The position numbers and the translations under genes were made by a program. Positions 1 through 14,051 of a DNA stretch of 64,000 nucleotides are shown here, piece after piece. The notes below the pieces were generated by a model. The model ran no database searches, was not told the DNA's origin, and was given only the letters and a program-made list of their open reading frames with translations. How positions within the stretch are numbered: the first letter of the stretch is position 1; the number at the start of each line of letters is the position of its first letter. Source of the DNA: Eledone cirrhosa (lineage: Eukaryota); the NCBI GenBank assembly GCA_964016885.1, contig OZ024749.1:9920001-9984000 (forward strand). The letters run 5' to 3'.

Positions 1-3000
1 CGTTACACTGTATATGTCTTTAATCCTCACATTACACTGTATATGTCTGTAATCCTCACGTTACACTGTATATGTCTTTAATCCTCTCGTTACACTGTAT
101 ATGTCTTTAATCCCCACGTTACACTGTATATGTCTTTAATCCTCTCGTTACACTGTATATGTCTTTAATCCCCACGTTACACTGTATATGTCTTTAATCC
201 TCACGTTACACTGTATATGTCTTTAATCCCCACGTTACACTGTATATATCTTTAATCCCCACGTTACACTGTATATGTCTTTAATCCTCACATTACACTG
301 TATATGTCTTTAATCCTCACATTACACTGTATATGTCTGTAATCCTCACGTTACACTATATATGTCTTTAATCCTCACGTTACACTGTATATGTCTGTAA
401 TCCCCACGTTACACTATATATGTCTTTAATCCTCACATTACACTGTATATGTCTTTAATCCTCACATTACACTATATATGTCTTTAATCCTCACGTTACA
501 CTATATATGTCTTTAATCCCCACGTTACACTGTATATGTCTTTAATCCTCACGTTACACTGTATATGTCTTTAATCCCCACGTTACACTGTATGTCTGTT
601 AATCCCCACGTTACACTGTATATGTCTTTAATCCCCACGTTACACTGTATGTCTGTTAATCCCCACGTTACACTGTATATGTCTTTAATCCTCACGTTAC
701 ACTGTATATGTCTTTAATCCTCACGTTACACTGTATGTCTTTAATCCTCACGTTACACTGTATATGTCTTTAATCCTCACGTTACACTGTATATGTCTTT
801 AATCCTCACGTTACACTGTATATGTCTTTAATCCTCACGTTACACTGTATATGTCTTTAATCCTCACGTTACACTGTATATGTCTTTAATCCTCACGTTA
901 CACTGTATGTCTTTAATCCTCACGTTACACTGTATGTCTGTTAATCCCCACGTTACACTGTATATGTCTTTAATCCCCACGTTACACTGTATGTGTCTTT
1001 AATCCTCACATTACACTATATATGTCTTTAATCCTCACGTTACACTGTATGTCTTTAATCCCCACGTTACACTGTATGTCTGTTAATCCCCACGTTACAC
1101 TGTATATGTCTTTAATCCCCACGTTACACTGTATGTCTTTAATCCCCACGTTACACTGTATGTCTGTTAATCCCCACGTTACACTGTATATGTCTTTAAT
1201 CCTCACGTTACACTGTATGTCTGTAATCCTCACGTTACACTGTATATGTCTTTAATCCCCACGTTACACTGTATATGTCTTTAATCCTCACGTTACACTG
1301 TATATGTCTTTAATCCTCACGTTACACTGTATATGTCTTTAATCCTCACGTTACACTGTATGTCTGTAATCCTCACGTTACACTGTATGTCTTTAATCCC
1401 CACGTTACACTGTATGTGTCTTTAATCCTCACATTACACTATATATGTCTTTAATCCTCACGTTACACTATATATGTCTTTAATCCTCACGTTACACTGT
1501 ATGTCTTTAATCCCCACGTTACACTGTATGTCTGTTAATCCCCACGTTACACTGTATATGTCTTTAATCCTCACGTTACACTGTATGTCTTTAATCCCCA
1601 CGTTACACTGTATGTCTGTTAATCCCCACGTTACACTGTATATGTCTTTAATCCTCACGTTACACTGTATGTCTAATCCTCACGTTACACTGTATATGTC
1701 TTTAATCCTCACGTTACACTGTATATGTCTTTAATCCTCACGTTACACTGTATATGTCTTTAATCCTCACGTTACACTGTATATGTCTTTAATCCTCACG
1801 TTACACTGTATATGTCTTTAATCCTCACGTTACACTGTATATGTCTTTAATCCTCACGTTACACTGTATATGTCTTTAATCCTCACGTTACACTGTATAT
1901 GTCTTTAATCCTCACGTTACACTGTATATGTCTTTAATCCTCACGTTACACTGTATATGTCTTTAATCCTCACGTTACACTGTATATGTCTTTAATCCTC
2001 ACGTTACACTGTATATGTCTTTAATCCTCACGTTACACTGTATATGTCTTTAATCCTCACGTTACACTGTATATGTCTTTAATCCTCACGTTACACTGTA
2101 TATGTCTTTAATCCTCACGTTACACTGTATATGTCTTTAATCCTCACGTTACACTGTATATGTCTTTAATCCTCACGTTACACTGTATATGTCTTTAATC
2201 CTCACGTTACACTGTATATGTCTTTAATCCTCACGTTACACTGTATATGTCTTTAATCCTCACGTTACACTGTATATGTCTTTAATCCTCACGTTACACT
2301 GTATATGTCTTTAATCCTCACGTTACACTGTATATGTCTTTAATCCCCACGTTACACTGTATATGTCTTTAATCCTCACGTTACACTGTATATGTCTTTA
2401 ATCCCCACGTTACACTGTATATGTCTTTAATCCTCACATTACACTGTATATGTCTTTAATCCTCACGTTACACTGTATATGTCTTTAATCCCCACGTTAC
2501 ACTGTATGTCTTTAATCCTCACGTTACACTGTATATGTCTTTAATCCCCACGTTACACTGTATATGTCTTTAATCCTCACATTACACTGTATATGTCTTT
2601 AATCCTCACGTTACACTGTATATGTCTTTAATCCCCACGTTACACTGTATATGTCTTTAATCCTCACATTACACTGTATATGTCTTAATCCTCACGTTAC
2701 ACTGTATATGTCTTTAATCCTCACGTTACACTGTATATGTCTTTAATCCTCACGTTACACTGTATATGTCTTTAATCCTCACGTTACACTGTATATGTCT
2801 TTAATCCTCACGTTACACTGTATATGTCTTTAATCCTCACGTTACACTGTATATGTCTTTAATCCTCACGTTACACTGTATATGTCTTTAATCCTCACGT
2901 TACACTGTATATGTCTTTAATCCTCACGTTACACTGTATATGTCTTTAATCCTCACGTTACACTGTATATGTCTTTAATCCCCACGTTACACTGTATATG

Positions 3001-3908
3001 TCTTTAATCCTCACGTTACACTGTATATGTCTTTAATCCCCACGTTACACTGTATATGTCTTTAATCCTCACATTACACTGTATATGTCTTTAATCCTCA
3101 CGTTACACTGTATATGTCTTTAATCCCCACGTTACACTGTATGTCTTTAATCCTCACGTTACACTGTATATGTCTTTAATCCCCACGTTACACTGTATAT
3201 GTCTTTAATCCTCACATTACACTGTATATGTCTTTAATCCTCACGTTACACTGTATATGTCTTTAATCCCCACGTTACACTGTATATGTCTTTAATCCTC
3301 ACATTACACTGTATATGTCTTAATCCTCACGTTACACTGTATATGTCTTTAATCCTCACGTTACACTGTATATGTCTTTAATCCTCACGTTACACTGTAT
3401 ATGTCTTTAATCCTCACGTTACACTGTATATGTCTTTAATCCCCACGTTACACTGTATATGTCTTTAATCCTCACGTTACACTGTATATGTCTTTAATCC
3501 CCACGTTACACTGTATATGTCTTTAATCCTCACATTACACTGTATATGTCTTTAATCCTCACGTTACACTGTATATGTCTTTAATCCCCACGTTACACTG
3601 TATGTCTTTAATCCTCACGTTACACTGTATATGTCTTTAATCCCCACGTTACACTGTATATGTCTTTAATCCTCACATTACACTGTATATGTCTTTAATC
3701 CTCACGTTACACTGTATATGTCTTTAATCCCCACGTTACACTGTATATGTCTTTAATCCCCACGTTACACTGTATATGTCTTTAATCCTCACATTACACT
3801 GTATATGTCTTAATCCTCACGTTACACTGTATATGTCTGTAATCCTCACGTTACACTGTATATGTCTTTAATCCCCACGTTACACTGTATGTCTTTAATC
3901 CCCACGTT
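1..3908. repeat. Satellite array, ~29-bp unit CGTTACACTGTATATGTCTTTAATCCYCA (truncated by window start)
   Basis: Direct tandem repetition with 27-29 bp variants; overlapping ORFs are repeat translations. Confidence 0.98.
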
Positions 3909-4018
3909 ATGCTTCATCTCCTTCACTGGGCTTTGGGAACAACAGCATCTGTTTCTCTCACTTTAACTGTATCTACATGCTGGCAATGCCTTTCTTTCTT
4001 CCCCATATTGTGTGTAGG

Positions 4019-4055
<37 letters not shown>

Positions 4056-4307
4056 TTGATAGGGCTGGGGCCCCTATCATTAAAGTACCATTGAGATGCA
4101 ATTTCGTGAGTTTGACTGAATGAATGCAGGGGTGAGCCGTAACAACTATGTATGAATATATGGGTGCGCGTATATTTATATATAATGTAAGTATATCTAT
4201 GTTTATATGCTTGTGTGTATGTGTATATTTATATATATGTGCGTGTGTACGTATATATATTTATGTTCTGTCTTTCCTACCTTTCTTTGACACTCACACT
4301 TAGCCTT

Positions 4308-7300
4308 GTGGCTGTAGTAGTGGTGGTGGTGGTGTGTTATATACAGTGTGTCTGTAGTAGTGGTGGTGGTGGTGTGTTATATACAGTATGGCTGTAGTGG
4401 TGGTGGTGTGTTATATACAGTGTGTCTGTAGTGGTGGTGGTGGTGTGTTATATACAGTGTGGCTGTAGTAGTGGTGGTGGTGGTGTGTTATATACAGTGT
4501 GTCTGTAGTAGTGGTGGTGGTGGTGTGTTATATACAGTGTGTCTGTAGTAGTGGTGGTGGTGGTGTGTTATATACAGTATGGCTGTAGTGGTGGTGGTGT
4601 GTTATATACAGTGTGTCTGTAGTGGTGGTGGTGGTGTGTTATATACAGTGTGGCTGTAGTAGTGGTGGTGGTGGTGTGTTATATACAGTGTGTCTGTAGT
4701 AGTGGTGGTGGTGGTGTGTTATATACAGTATGGCTGTAGTGGTGGTGGTGTGTTATATACAGTGTGTCTGTAGTGGTGGTGGTGGTGTGTTATATACAGT
4801 GTGTCTGTAGTAGTGGTGGTGGTGGTGTGTTATATACAGTGTGTCTGTAGTAGTGGTGGTGGTGGTGTGTTATATACAGTGTGTCTGTAGTAGTGGTGGT
4901 GGTGGTGTGTTATATACAGTATGGCTGTAGTGGTGGTGGTGTGTTATATACAGTGTGTCTGTAGTAGTGGTGGTGGTGGTGTGTTATATACAGTGTGTCT
5001 GTAGTGGTGGTGGTGTGTTATATACAGTGTGTCTGTAGTAGTGGTGGTGGTGGTGTGTTATATACAGTGTGTCTGTAGTAGTGGTGGTGGTGGTGTGTTA
5101 TATACAGTGTGTCTGTAGTAGTGGTGGTGGTGGTGTGTTATATACAGTATGGCTGTAGTGGTGGTGGTGTGTTATATACAGTGTGTCTGTAGTGGTGGTG
5201 GTGGTGTGTTATATACAGTGTGTCTGTAGTAGTGGTGGTGGTGGTGTGTTATATACAGTGTGTCTGTAGTAGTGGTGGTGGTGGTGTGTTATATACAGTG
5301 TGTCTGTAGTAGTGGTGGTGGTGGTGTGTTATATACAGTGTGTCTGTAGTAGTGGTGGTGGTGGTGTGTTATATACAGTATGGCTGTAGTGGTGGTGGTG
5401 TGTTATATACAGTGTGTCTGTAGTAGTGGTGGTGGTGGTGTGTTATATACAGTGTGTCTGTAGTGGTGGTGGTGTGTTATATACAGTGTGTCTGTAGTAG
5501 TGGTGGTGGTGGTGTGTTATATACAGTGTGTCTGTAGTAGTGGTGGTGGTGGTGTGTTATATACAGTGTGTCTGTAGTGGTGGTGGTGGTGGTGTGTTAT
5601 ATACAGTATGGCTGTAGTGGTGGTGGTGGTGTGTTATATACAGTGTGTCTGTAGTGGTGGTGGTGGTGGTGTGTTATATACAGTGTGGCTGTAGTGGTGG
5701 TGGTGGTGGTGTGTTATATACAGTGTGGCTGTAGTAGTGGTGGTGGTGGTGTGTTATATACAGTGTGGCTGTAGTGGTGGTGGTGGTGTGTTATATACAG
5801 TGTGGTGGTGGTGGTGGTGTGTTATATACAGTGTGTCTGTAGTAGTGGTGGTGGTGGTGTGTTATATACAGTGTGGCTGTAGTAGTGGTGGTGGTGGTGT
5901 GTTATATACAGTGTGGCTGTAGTGGTGGTGGTGGTGTGTTATATACAGTGTGTCTGTAGTGGTGGTGGTGGTGGTGTGTTATATACAGTGTGGCTGTAGT
6001 GGTGGTGGTGGTGGTGTGTTATATACAGTGTGGCTGTAGTAGTGGTGGTGGTGGTGTGTTATATACAGTGTGGCTGTAGTAGTGGTGGTGGTGGTGTGTT
6101 ATATACAGTGTCTGTAGTGGTGGTGGTGTGTTATATACAGTGTGGCTGTAGTGGTGGTGGTGGTGGTGTGTTATATACAGTGTGGCTGTAGTTGTGGTGG
6201 TGGTGTGTTATATACAGTGTGTCTGTAGTGGTGGTGGTGGTGGTGTGTTATATACAGTGTGTCTGTAGTGGTGGTGGTGGTGTGTTATATACAGTGTGGC
6301 TGTAGTGGTGGTGGTGGTGGTGTGTTATATACAGTGTGTCTGTAGTGGTGGTGGTGGTGTGTTATATACAGTGTGTCTGTAGTGGTGGTGGTGGTGTGTT
6401 ATATACAGTGTGGCTGTAGTAGTGGTGGTGGTGGTGTGTTATATACAGTGTGGCTGTAGTAGTGGTGGTGGTGGTGTGTTATATACAGTGTGGCTGTAGT
6501 GGTGGTGGTGGTGGTGTGTTATATACAGTGTGACTGTAGTGGTGGTGGTGGTGTGTTATATACAGTGTGGCTGTAGTGGTGGTGGTGGTGGTGTGTTATA
6601 TACAGTGTGGCTGTAGTGGTGGTGGTGGTGTGTTATATACAGTGTGGTGGTGGTGGTGGTGTGTTATATACAGTGTGTCTGTAGTAGTGGTGGTGGTGGT
6701 GTGTTATATACAGTGTGGCTGTAGTGGTGGTGGTGGTGGTGGTGGTGTGTTATATACAGTGTGTCTGTAGTAGTGGTGGTGGTGGTGTGTTATATACAGT
6801 GTGTCTGTAGTAGTGGTGGTGGTGGTGGTGTGTTATATACAGTGTGGCTGTAGTAGTGGTGGTGGTGGTGTGTTATATACAGTATGGCTGTAGTGGTGGT
6901 GGTGGCGTGTTATATACAGTGTGGCTGTAGTGGTGGTCGTGGTGTGTTATATACAGTGTGGCTGTAGTGGTGGTGGTGGTGGTGTGTTATATACAGTGTG
7001 GCTGTAGTGGTGGTGGTGGTGTGTTATATACAGTGTGGCTGTAGTGGTGGTCGTGGTGTGTTATATACAGTGTGGCTGTAGTGGTGGTGGTGGTGGTGTG
7101 TTATATACAGTGTGGCTGTAGTGGTGGTGGTGGTGTGTTATATACAGTGTGGCTGTAGTGGTGGTGGTGGTGGTGGTGGTGGTGTGTTATATACAGTGTG
7201 GCTGTAGTAGTGGTGGTGGTGGTGTGTTATATACAGTGTGGCTGTAGTGGTGGTGGTGTGTTATATACAGTGTGGCTGTAGTGGTGGTGGTGGTGTGTTA

Positions 7301-10170
7301 TATACAGTGTGGCTGTGGTGGTGGTGGTGGTGTGTTATATACAGTGTGGCTGTAGTGGTGGTGGTGGTGTGTTATATACAGTGTGGCTGTAGTGGTGGTG
7401 GTGGTGTGTTATATACAGTGTAGCTGTAGTGGTGGTGGTGGTGGTGGTGTGTTATATACAGTGTGGCTGTAGTGGTGGTGGTGGTGTGTTATATACAGTG
7501 TGGCTGTGGTGGTGGTGGTGGTGTGTTATATACAGTGTGGCTGTAGTGGTGGTGGTGGTGGTGTGTTATATACAGAGTGGCTGTAGTGGTGGTGGTGGTG
7601 TGTTATATACAGTGTGGCTGTAGTGGTGGTGGTGGTGTGTTATATACAGTGTGGCTGTGGTGGTGGTGGTGGTGTGTTATATACAGTGTGGCTGTAGTAG
7701 TGGTGGTGATGGTGTGTTATATACAGTGTGGCTGTAGTAGTGGTGGTGGTGGTGTGTTATATACAGTGTGGCTGTAGTAGTGGTGGTGGTGGTGTGTTAT
7801 ATACAGTGTGGCTGTAGTGGTGGTAGTGGTGTGTTATATACAGTGTGGCTGTAGTGGTGGTAGTGGTGTGTTATATACAGTGTGGCTGTGGTGGTGGTGG
7901 TGGTGTGTTATATACAGTGTGGCTGTAGTGATGGTGGTGGTGGTGTGTTATATACAGTGTGGCTGTAGTGGTGGTGGTGGTGTGTTATATACAGTGTGGC
8001 TGTAGTGGTGGTGGTGGTGGTGTGTTATATACAGAGTGGCTGTAGTGGTGGTGGTGGTGTGTTATATACAGTGTGGCTGTAGTGGTGGTGGTGGTGTGTT
8101 ATATACAGTGTGGCTGTAGTGGTGGTGGTGGTGTGTTATATACAGTGTGGCTGTAGTGGTGGTGGTGGTGTGTTATATACAGTGTGGCTGTGGTGGTGGT
8201 GTGTTATATACAGTGTGGCTGTGGTGGTGGTGGTGGTGTGTTATATACAGTGTGGCTGTAGTGGTGGTGGTGGTGGTGTGTTATATACAGAGTGGCTGTA
8301 GTGGTGGTGGTGGTGTGTTATATACAGTGTGGCTGTAGTGGTGGTAGTGGTGTGTTATATACAGTGTGGCTGTGGTGGTGGTGGTGGTGTGTTATATACA
8401 GTGTGGCTGTAGTGGTGGTGGTGGTGGTGTGTTATATACAGTGTGGCTGTGGTGGTGGTGGTGGTGGTGTGTTATATACAGTGTGGCTGTAGTGGTGGTG
8501 GTGGTGGTGTGTTATATACAGTATGGCTGTAGTGGTGGTGGTGGTGTGTTATATACAGTGTGGCTGTAGTGGTGGTGGTGGTGGTGTGTTATATACAGAG
8601 TGGCTGTAGTGGTGGTGGTGGTGTGTTATATACAGTGTGGCTGTAGTGGTGGTAGTGGTGTGTTATATACAGTGTGGCTGTGGTGGTGGTGGTGGTGTGT
8701 TATATACAGTGTGGCTGTAGTGGTGGTGGTGGTGGTGTGTTATATACAGTGTGGCTGTGGTGGTGGTGGTGGTGGTGTGTTATATACAGTGTGGCTGTAG
8801 TGGTGGTGGTGGTGGTGTGTTATATACAGTATGGCTGTAGTGGTGGTGGTGGTGTGTTATATACAGTGTGTGTAGTGGTGGTGGTGGTGGTGTGTTATAT
8901 ACAGTGTGGCTGTAGTGGTGGTGGTGGTGTGTTATATACAGTGTGGCTGTGGTGGTGGTGCTGGTGTGTTATATACAGTGTGTCTGTAGTGGTGGTGGTG
9001 GTGTGTTATATACAGTGTGGCTGTAGTGGTGGTGGTGGTGTGTTATATACAGTGTGGCTGTAGTGGTGGTGGTGGTGTGTTATATACAGTGTGGCTGTGG
9101 TGGTGGTGTGTTATATACAGTGTGGCTGTGGTGGTGGTGGTGGTGTGTTATATACAGTGTGGCTGTAGTGGTGGTGGTGGTGGTGTGTTATATACAGTGT
9201 GGCTGTAGTGGTGGTGGTGGTGTGTTATATATAGTGTGGCTGTAGTGGTGGTGGTGTGTTATATATAGTGTGGCTGTAGTGGTGGTGGTGGTGGTGTTGG
9301 TGTGTTATATACAGTGTGGCTGTAGTGGTGGTGGTGGTGTGTTATATACAGTGTGTGTAGTGGTGGTGGTGGTGTGTTATATACAGTGTGGCTGAAGTGG
9401 TGGTGGTGGTGGTGTGTTATATACAGTGTGTAGTGGTGGTGGTGTGTTATATACAGTGTGGCTGTAGTGGTGGTGGTGTGTTATATACAGTGTGGCTGTA
9501 GTGGTGGTGGTGTGTTATATACAGTGTGTGTAGTGGTGGTAGTGGTGTGTTATATACAGTGTGGCTGTAGTGGTGGTGGTGTGTTATATACAGTCTGGCC
9601 GTAGTGGTGGTGGTGTGTTATATACAGTGTGGCTGTAGTGGTGGTGGTGTGTTATATACAGTGTGTGTAGTGGTGGTGGTCTGTTATATACAGTGTGTGT
9701 AGTGGTGGTGGTGTGTTATATACAGTGTGGCTGTAGTGGTGGTGGTGTGTTATATACAGTGTGTGTAGTGGTGGTGGTCTGTTATATACAGTGTGTGTAG
9801 TGGTGGTGGTGTGTTATATACAGTGTGGCTGTAGTGGTGGTGGTGTGTTATATACAGTGTGTGTAGTGGTGGTGGTGTGTTATATACAGTGTGTGTAGTG
9901 GTGGTGGTGTGTTATATACAGTGTGGCTGTAGTGGTGGTGGTGTGTTATATACAGTGTGTGTAGTGGTGGTGGTGTGTTATATACAGTGTGGCTGTAGTG
10001 GTGGTGGTGTGTTATATACAGTGTGTGTAGTGGTGGTGGTGTGTTATATACAGTGTGTGTAGTGGTGGTGGTGTGTTATATACAGTGTGGCTGTAGTGGT
10101 GGTGGTGTGTTATATACAGTGTGTGTAGTGGTGGTGGTGTGTTATATACAGTGTGGCTGTAGTGGTGGTG
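4308..10170. repeat. Satellite array, ~32-43 bp unit GTGTGGCTGTAGT(GGT)nGTGTTATATACA
   Basis: Direct tandem repetition with variable (GGT)n length. Confidence 0.98.
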
Positions 10171-10309
10171 CTATGACCATCTATTTTTTTCAGTGGTGTA
10201 TAGGTATAGGATGACATAATCTTTATGGACTTACGTTTATTTAAAACAATACAATGTTATTTGTGAGAGATTTGGCTACTATTTCTAGCTAGTCAAACAA
10301 TTGCAGGGA

Positions 10310-10515
10310 CTCCCTCACTACCACCATCATCACCACTACCACAACTACCATCATCATTACCACTACCACTGTTACTACCACCACCACAATTTTCACTATC
10401 AACACCATCATCATCACTGCCACCACCACCTCTGTCACTACCAACACTATTATCTGCACCATCAACACCATCTCCACCATCAACACCACTGCCACCCCCC
10501 ACTCATCACCATCAA
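10310..10515. repeat. Degenerate (CAC/CAT/TAC)n microsatellite
   Basis: Low-complexity trinucleotide tract. Confidence 0.85.
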
Positions 10516-10729
10516 TGTAAATTAACTGCTGTGTTATCTACCTTCTAACATTTATAGTTCACATAGTTGCTGTTGTTTCTTTATTAGTGGAGAAGTTATC
10601 TGCTGTTTCATTACTGCAGTAGGTGTTCAAACCCCACCTCCTGCTGTTCTTACACAGATGCTAAACAAATAGCAATGGGCTTTTCGTGTATAGTTTTTTG
10701 GGTTTTTTTAAACACTTTTGGAAGATCAT

Positions 10730-11310
10730 TTCTTCTGATTCTGCTGTGGAACTAGAGAAAGAATTCCAGACTGTGGAACAAAACCTAAAACAAAAGGTCT
10801 CAAAGTTGACTTAGCTAAAATTAAAGTAAGTAGGAAAAATAACAAGACCCTGTTTCCATCAGGGAAATGGCCATGCTCAATATGCAGAAAACGAGCTGGT
10901 AAAAATTCAAAAAAGTGTACAAAATATACTTACTGTGAGTATACAAGATAAACTAAGGGTACAGAACAAGTGTAGTGGGATCTTGAAGAGTCTAACAAGG
11001 AATTTAGGCTGTGTGTGTGGCAGATGCACAGAAGCAATAAGCAGCAAATACTCACATGAAATAGGTCCTATCAAATGTTCTGACAGCTCCTTAGAATGGT
11101 TGACAGTTTCTGCTACCTAGGTAGCTTAATTAGCTGTGGGGTTGTGTGTTCTGAAAGTACAATAGCTTAAGTGAGAACCTCATAGAAAAGGTTTAGGGTG
11201 CTACTAACTCTGTTGACTACAGAAGGTTTCTCTTCTCCTTCTGCTCACAAGCAGAATGTGACAACCCATGCAAACATAGAAAGCAGATGTTAAATGATGA
11301 TGATGATATT
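10730..11310 (+). mobile_element. Decayed RTE-type LINE fragment with (GAT)n tail
   Basis: Remnants such as GLKVDLAKIKV, PSGKWPCSICRK and KCSGI..CGRCTEAI match the better-preserved copy at 43437-44500. Confidence 0.75.
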
Positions 11311-11454
11311 TATGATAATGTCTGATAAATTTGTGTCATCAAATCGCAAAATATATATTTGTGGAATTTGTTGAACATCTGTTGTCACATGTAGGATGGA
11401 TCGTAAAAAATCGCTCTGCCATCTTTCTTTTGGCTAGGAAACAGTAGGCTATAG

Positions 11455-11885
11455 GGCAGAAGTTCTCAAATGTTTGGGCCACCACCCCCTTACGGCCTTG
11501 TAATACCCTTAGCCCCCCCCCCCCCCCCCCAACCCTATTTCCAGAGAGACCTGCCTGCATACAAATTGTAAATAATATATAATAAATAAAATCATCAATT
11601 TATATATAATAAATAAATATATATTTTATATTTTAGTATATTTATATATAATTGTTTCTACTTTTGGCACAAGGCCAGCAATTATCCCAGTGCATTACTG
11701 GTACTTTATTTTATCGACCCCGTAAAGATGAAAGGCAAAGTTAACCTCGGCGGGAGTATATTTATATATAATATGTATCATTTGGTATTCAACTATTATA
11801 TTGCCCCCTGAGGCCCCAATGTTCCCTGGACTCTCTTAACATCCCCTGGAGAGATGATAGCACACACTTTCAGAACCTCTACTAT
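11455..11885. mobile_element. hAT/Charlie-like MITE with a nested SINE fragment (11650-11755)
   Basis: Ends CAGAAGTTCTCAAA...TTTCAGAACCTCT; related copy at 22368-22590. Confidence 0.55.
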
Positions 11886-12484
11886 AGGGTACATGTCATT
11901 TGTATGTTTAGTTTCTGATTTTCATCTAACGAAGCTGTGAGCAACTTTATTTAATTAGCTAAACAGTCAAGACCTATTTGTAAACAAATGGTAGAAATGA
12001 AGATGTATATTAATTTTGTGTTTAATATAGTAAGAAGTGTGAAAAGGTTTTGAACGCTAGTCCTTCATCAGAAAATAGTCTGAGAAATAAAAGAAGAAAT
12101 AGAAAGATAGAGGAGGTTGCACACGGGCAGAAACAAAACAAAATTCAAGAAAAAGCAGGTCTGCTCATTTCAACATCTCTTGGAAAACTGATAGGAGTGT
12201 TTATGGTGTAGAAAGTTCAGTTGGCTGGCTTTTGAAAGACTCATCAAAGTGTCTTATATCATGCTGAAAAGGAAAAAAATCCTTTTGTATTTAGAGTGGA
12301 TATGTATGTTTGTAAGTGTATGTGTGTGTTTTTGTTATTGTCTGTAGAAAGGTGTGAGGATGTGTGTGTGTATAAGTTTAGGAGTGTGTGCATGTTTGTT
12401 GTTGGTCTGAACAGAGCTGTATATATATATATATATATATATATATGCAGCTCTCTTCAGACAACAAACACGCACATATATATG

Positions 12485-12810
12485 TGAAGGCATATGGTTT
12501 AGAGCGTAGGGCTTAAAATGAGGTTGTGAGTTTGATTCTTGGACCGGGCTTTGTGTTGTGTTCTTGAGCAAGACACTTTATTTCACGTACCTCCAGTTTA
12601 CTCAGCTATAGAAATGAGTTGGCACTTCACTGGTGCCAAGCTGTATCGGCCTTTGTCTTTCCCTTGGACAACATCAGTGGTGTGAAGAGGAGACTGTTAT
12701 GTATGGGTGACTGCTGGTCTTCCACAAACAACCTTGCCCGGACTTGTGCCTCAGAAGGGGACTTTCTAGGTGCAAATCCCATGGTCATTTGTGACTGCAG
12801 GGTTTCTTTA
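12485..12810 (+). mobile_element. tRNA-derived SINE with CORE-like domain
   Basis: A/B-box-like head, then TTCTTGAGCAAGACACTTTATTTCAC...CTCAGCT shared with other copies. Confidence 0.7.
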
Positions 12811-12834
12811 CTTTTACCTTTATATATACATACA

Positions 12835-13445
12835 TAGATGGTGGCTGCCAACTCGTTTTCGAGTACGGCCACTACTTTATATCCATGTAGGAGAACCCCT
12901 ACCGATGCGCTGAACGAGTGTGACTTTTTAGTCCAGCCAGCGTATTGAAAACTCTGGTACAAACACTACACTTGTGACAATTACTGACACATAGTGCTGG
13001 GCCCATGGTACCATGTGACGACAAGTGCAGAGAGATCTCCAGATATAAAGCAATGCCTGTGCCGTGAAGCTTTTATAGTGAGCAAAGGCACTGCACAAAG
13101 CCAGTCCCACTCTCTTAACCAAGATGATATTTACCAAAAAGAAGAACAAGTCAACATCATTGGATTCCATCAGGGTTGCAGGTGTTATATCAGAGTTTTC
13201 CTTCTCCTAGAATTCTGCCTTGACAAAGGCTAAGGGGTCATCTCTCCCGGTGATTTTGGATGGCCATTGACTCTTAAGAGCTCCTTTGCCCTTTGACAGG
13301 TTTTGTTTTTAGTCCTGCAGGATGTCCAAAGTCACCCTCCTCACCAAGAAACCTTGGTGGGGTTGCCAGTTTAGTCGCCAACGACCCGACCATGGGACAG
13401 GTTGTACTGGGATACATGTTACCAGTAGCACCAACTGGTGACCTA
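12835..13445 (-). mobile_element. Probable 5' portion (UTR and decayed APE endonuclease start) of an RTE-like LINE
   Basis: GC-richer island with weak APE-like remnants on the minus strand. Confidence 0.35.
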
Positions 13446-13867
13446 CACTTACATACACACACATACGTATAAACATATTTGTGAACAGTAGCATCATTGA
13501 GTGTATTGATCTCTAAGAAAGGTGGTCCACTGAATAGATCAATAAGTTCGCTGTAATTTTGAGAAGAGATTGGGAGGTGAGACTGAACAGATCAATATTC
13601 CAGGGTGAGGGGAGGGGGTTGTATGGTATTTATATATTTCATTTGTCTGATTTTTGTCTCCTTTGATTTTGGTGAAGACATTTAATTCTACGTTGTCTCA
13701 GTAACTGATTATTTGAGATTATTTCTGTATTTCAGTGCCTTAGATTAGGGGTCTCTAGACTGGTTGATATTGATCCCCTTTATTGGGGAAGGGCGAAGGA
13801 TTGTCGATTGAAGTTTTGGGCCAAAACTTAACATTTGAATAAGAAATGAATATACATTAAATGTTTC

Positions 13868-14040
13868 CTCATTTCGCACAAGGCCAGCAATTTGAAGGGA
13901 AAGGGAAACGGCGATTAAATTGACCCCGGTGCATTACTGGTACTTTATTTTATCGCCCCCTTAAGGATGAAAGGCAAAGCCAACCTCAGTGGGATTGGAA
14001 ATCAGAATGTAAAGGGACGTAACTATATGCCACAAAGAAT
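13868..14040 (-). mobile_element. tRNA-derived SINE (Meta-domain-like family)
   Basis: Reverse complement of CTTTGCCTTTCATCCTT..GGGG.CGATAAAATAAAGTACCAG family core. Confidence 0.8.
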
Positions 14041-14051
14041 GTCCAATTATA

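Noticed and set aside
1-10214. CRISPR-like periodicity and many Cys/Val/Gly-rich ORFs
   Set aside because: Head-to-tail repeats with no unique spacers, no cas genes and a eukaryotic context
12040-12080. Minus-strand CTGATGA-A-GGAC-TAGC-GTTC-AAAA hammerhead-like motif
   Set aside because: GAAA is absent and no stem I pairing was found; at most a decayed remnant
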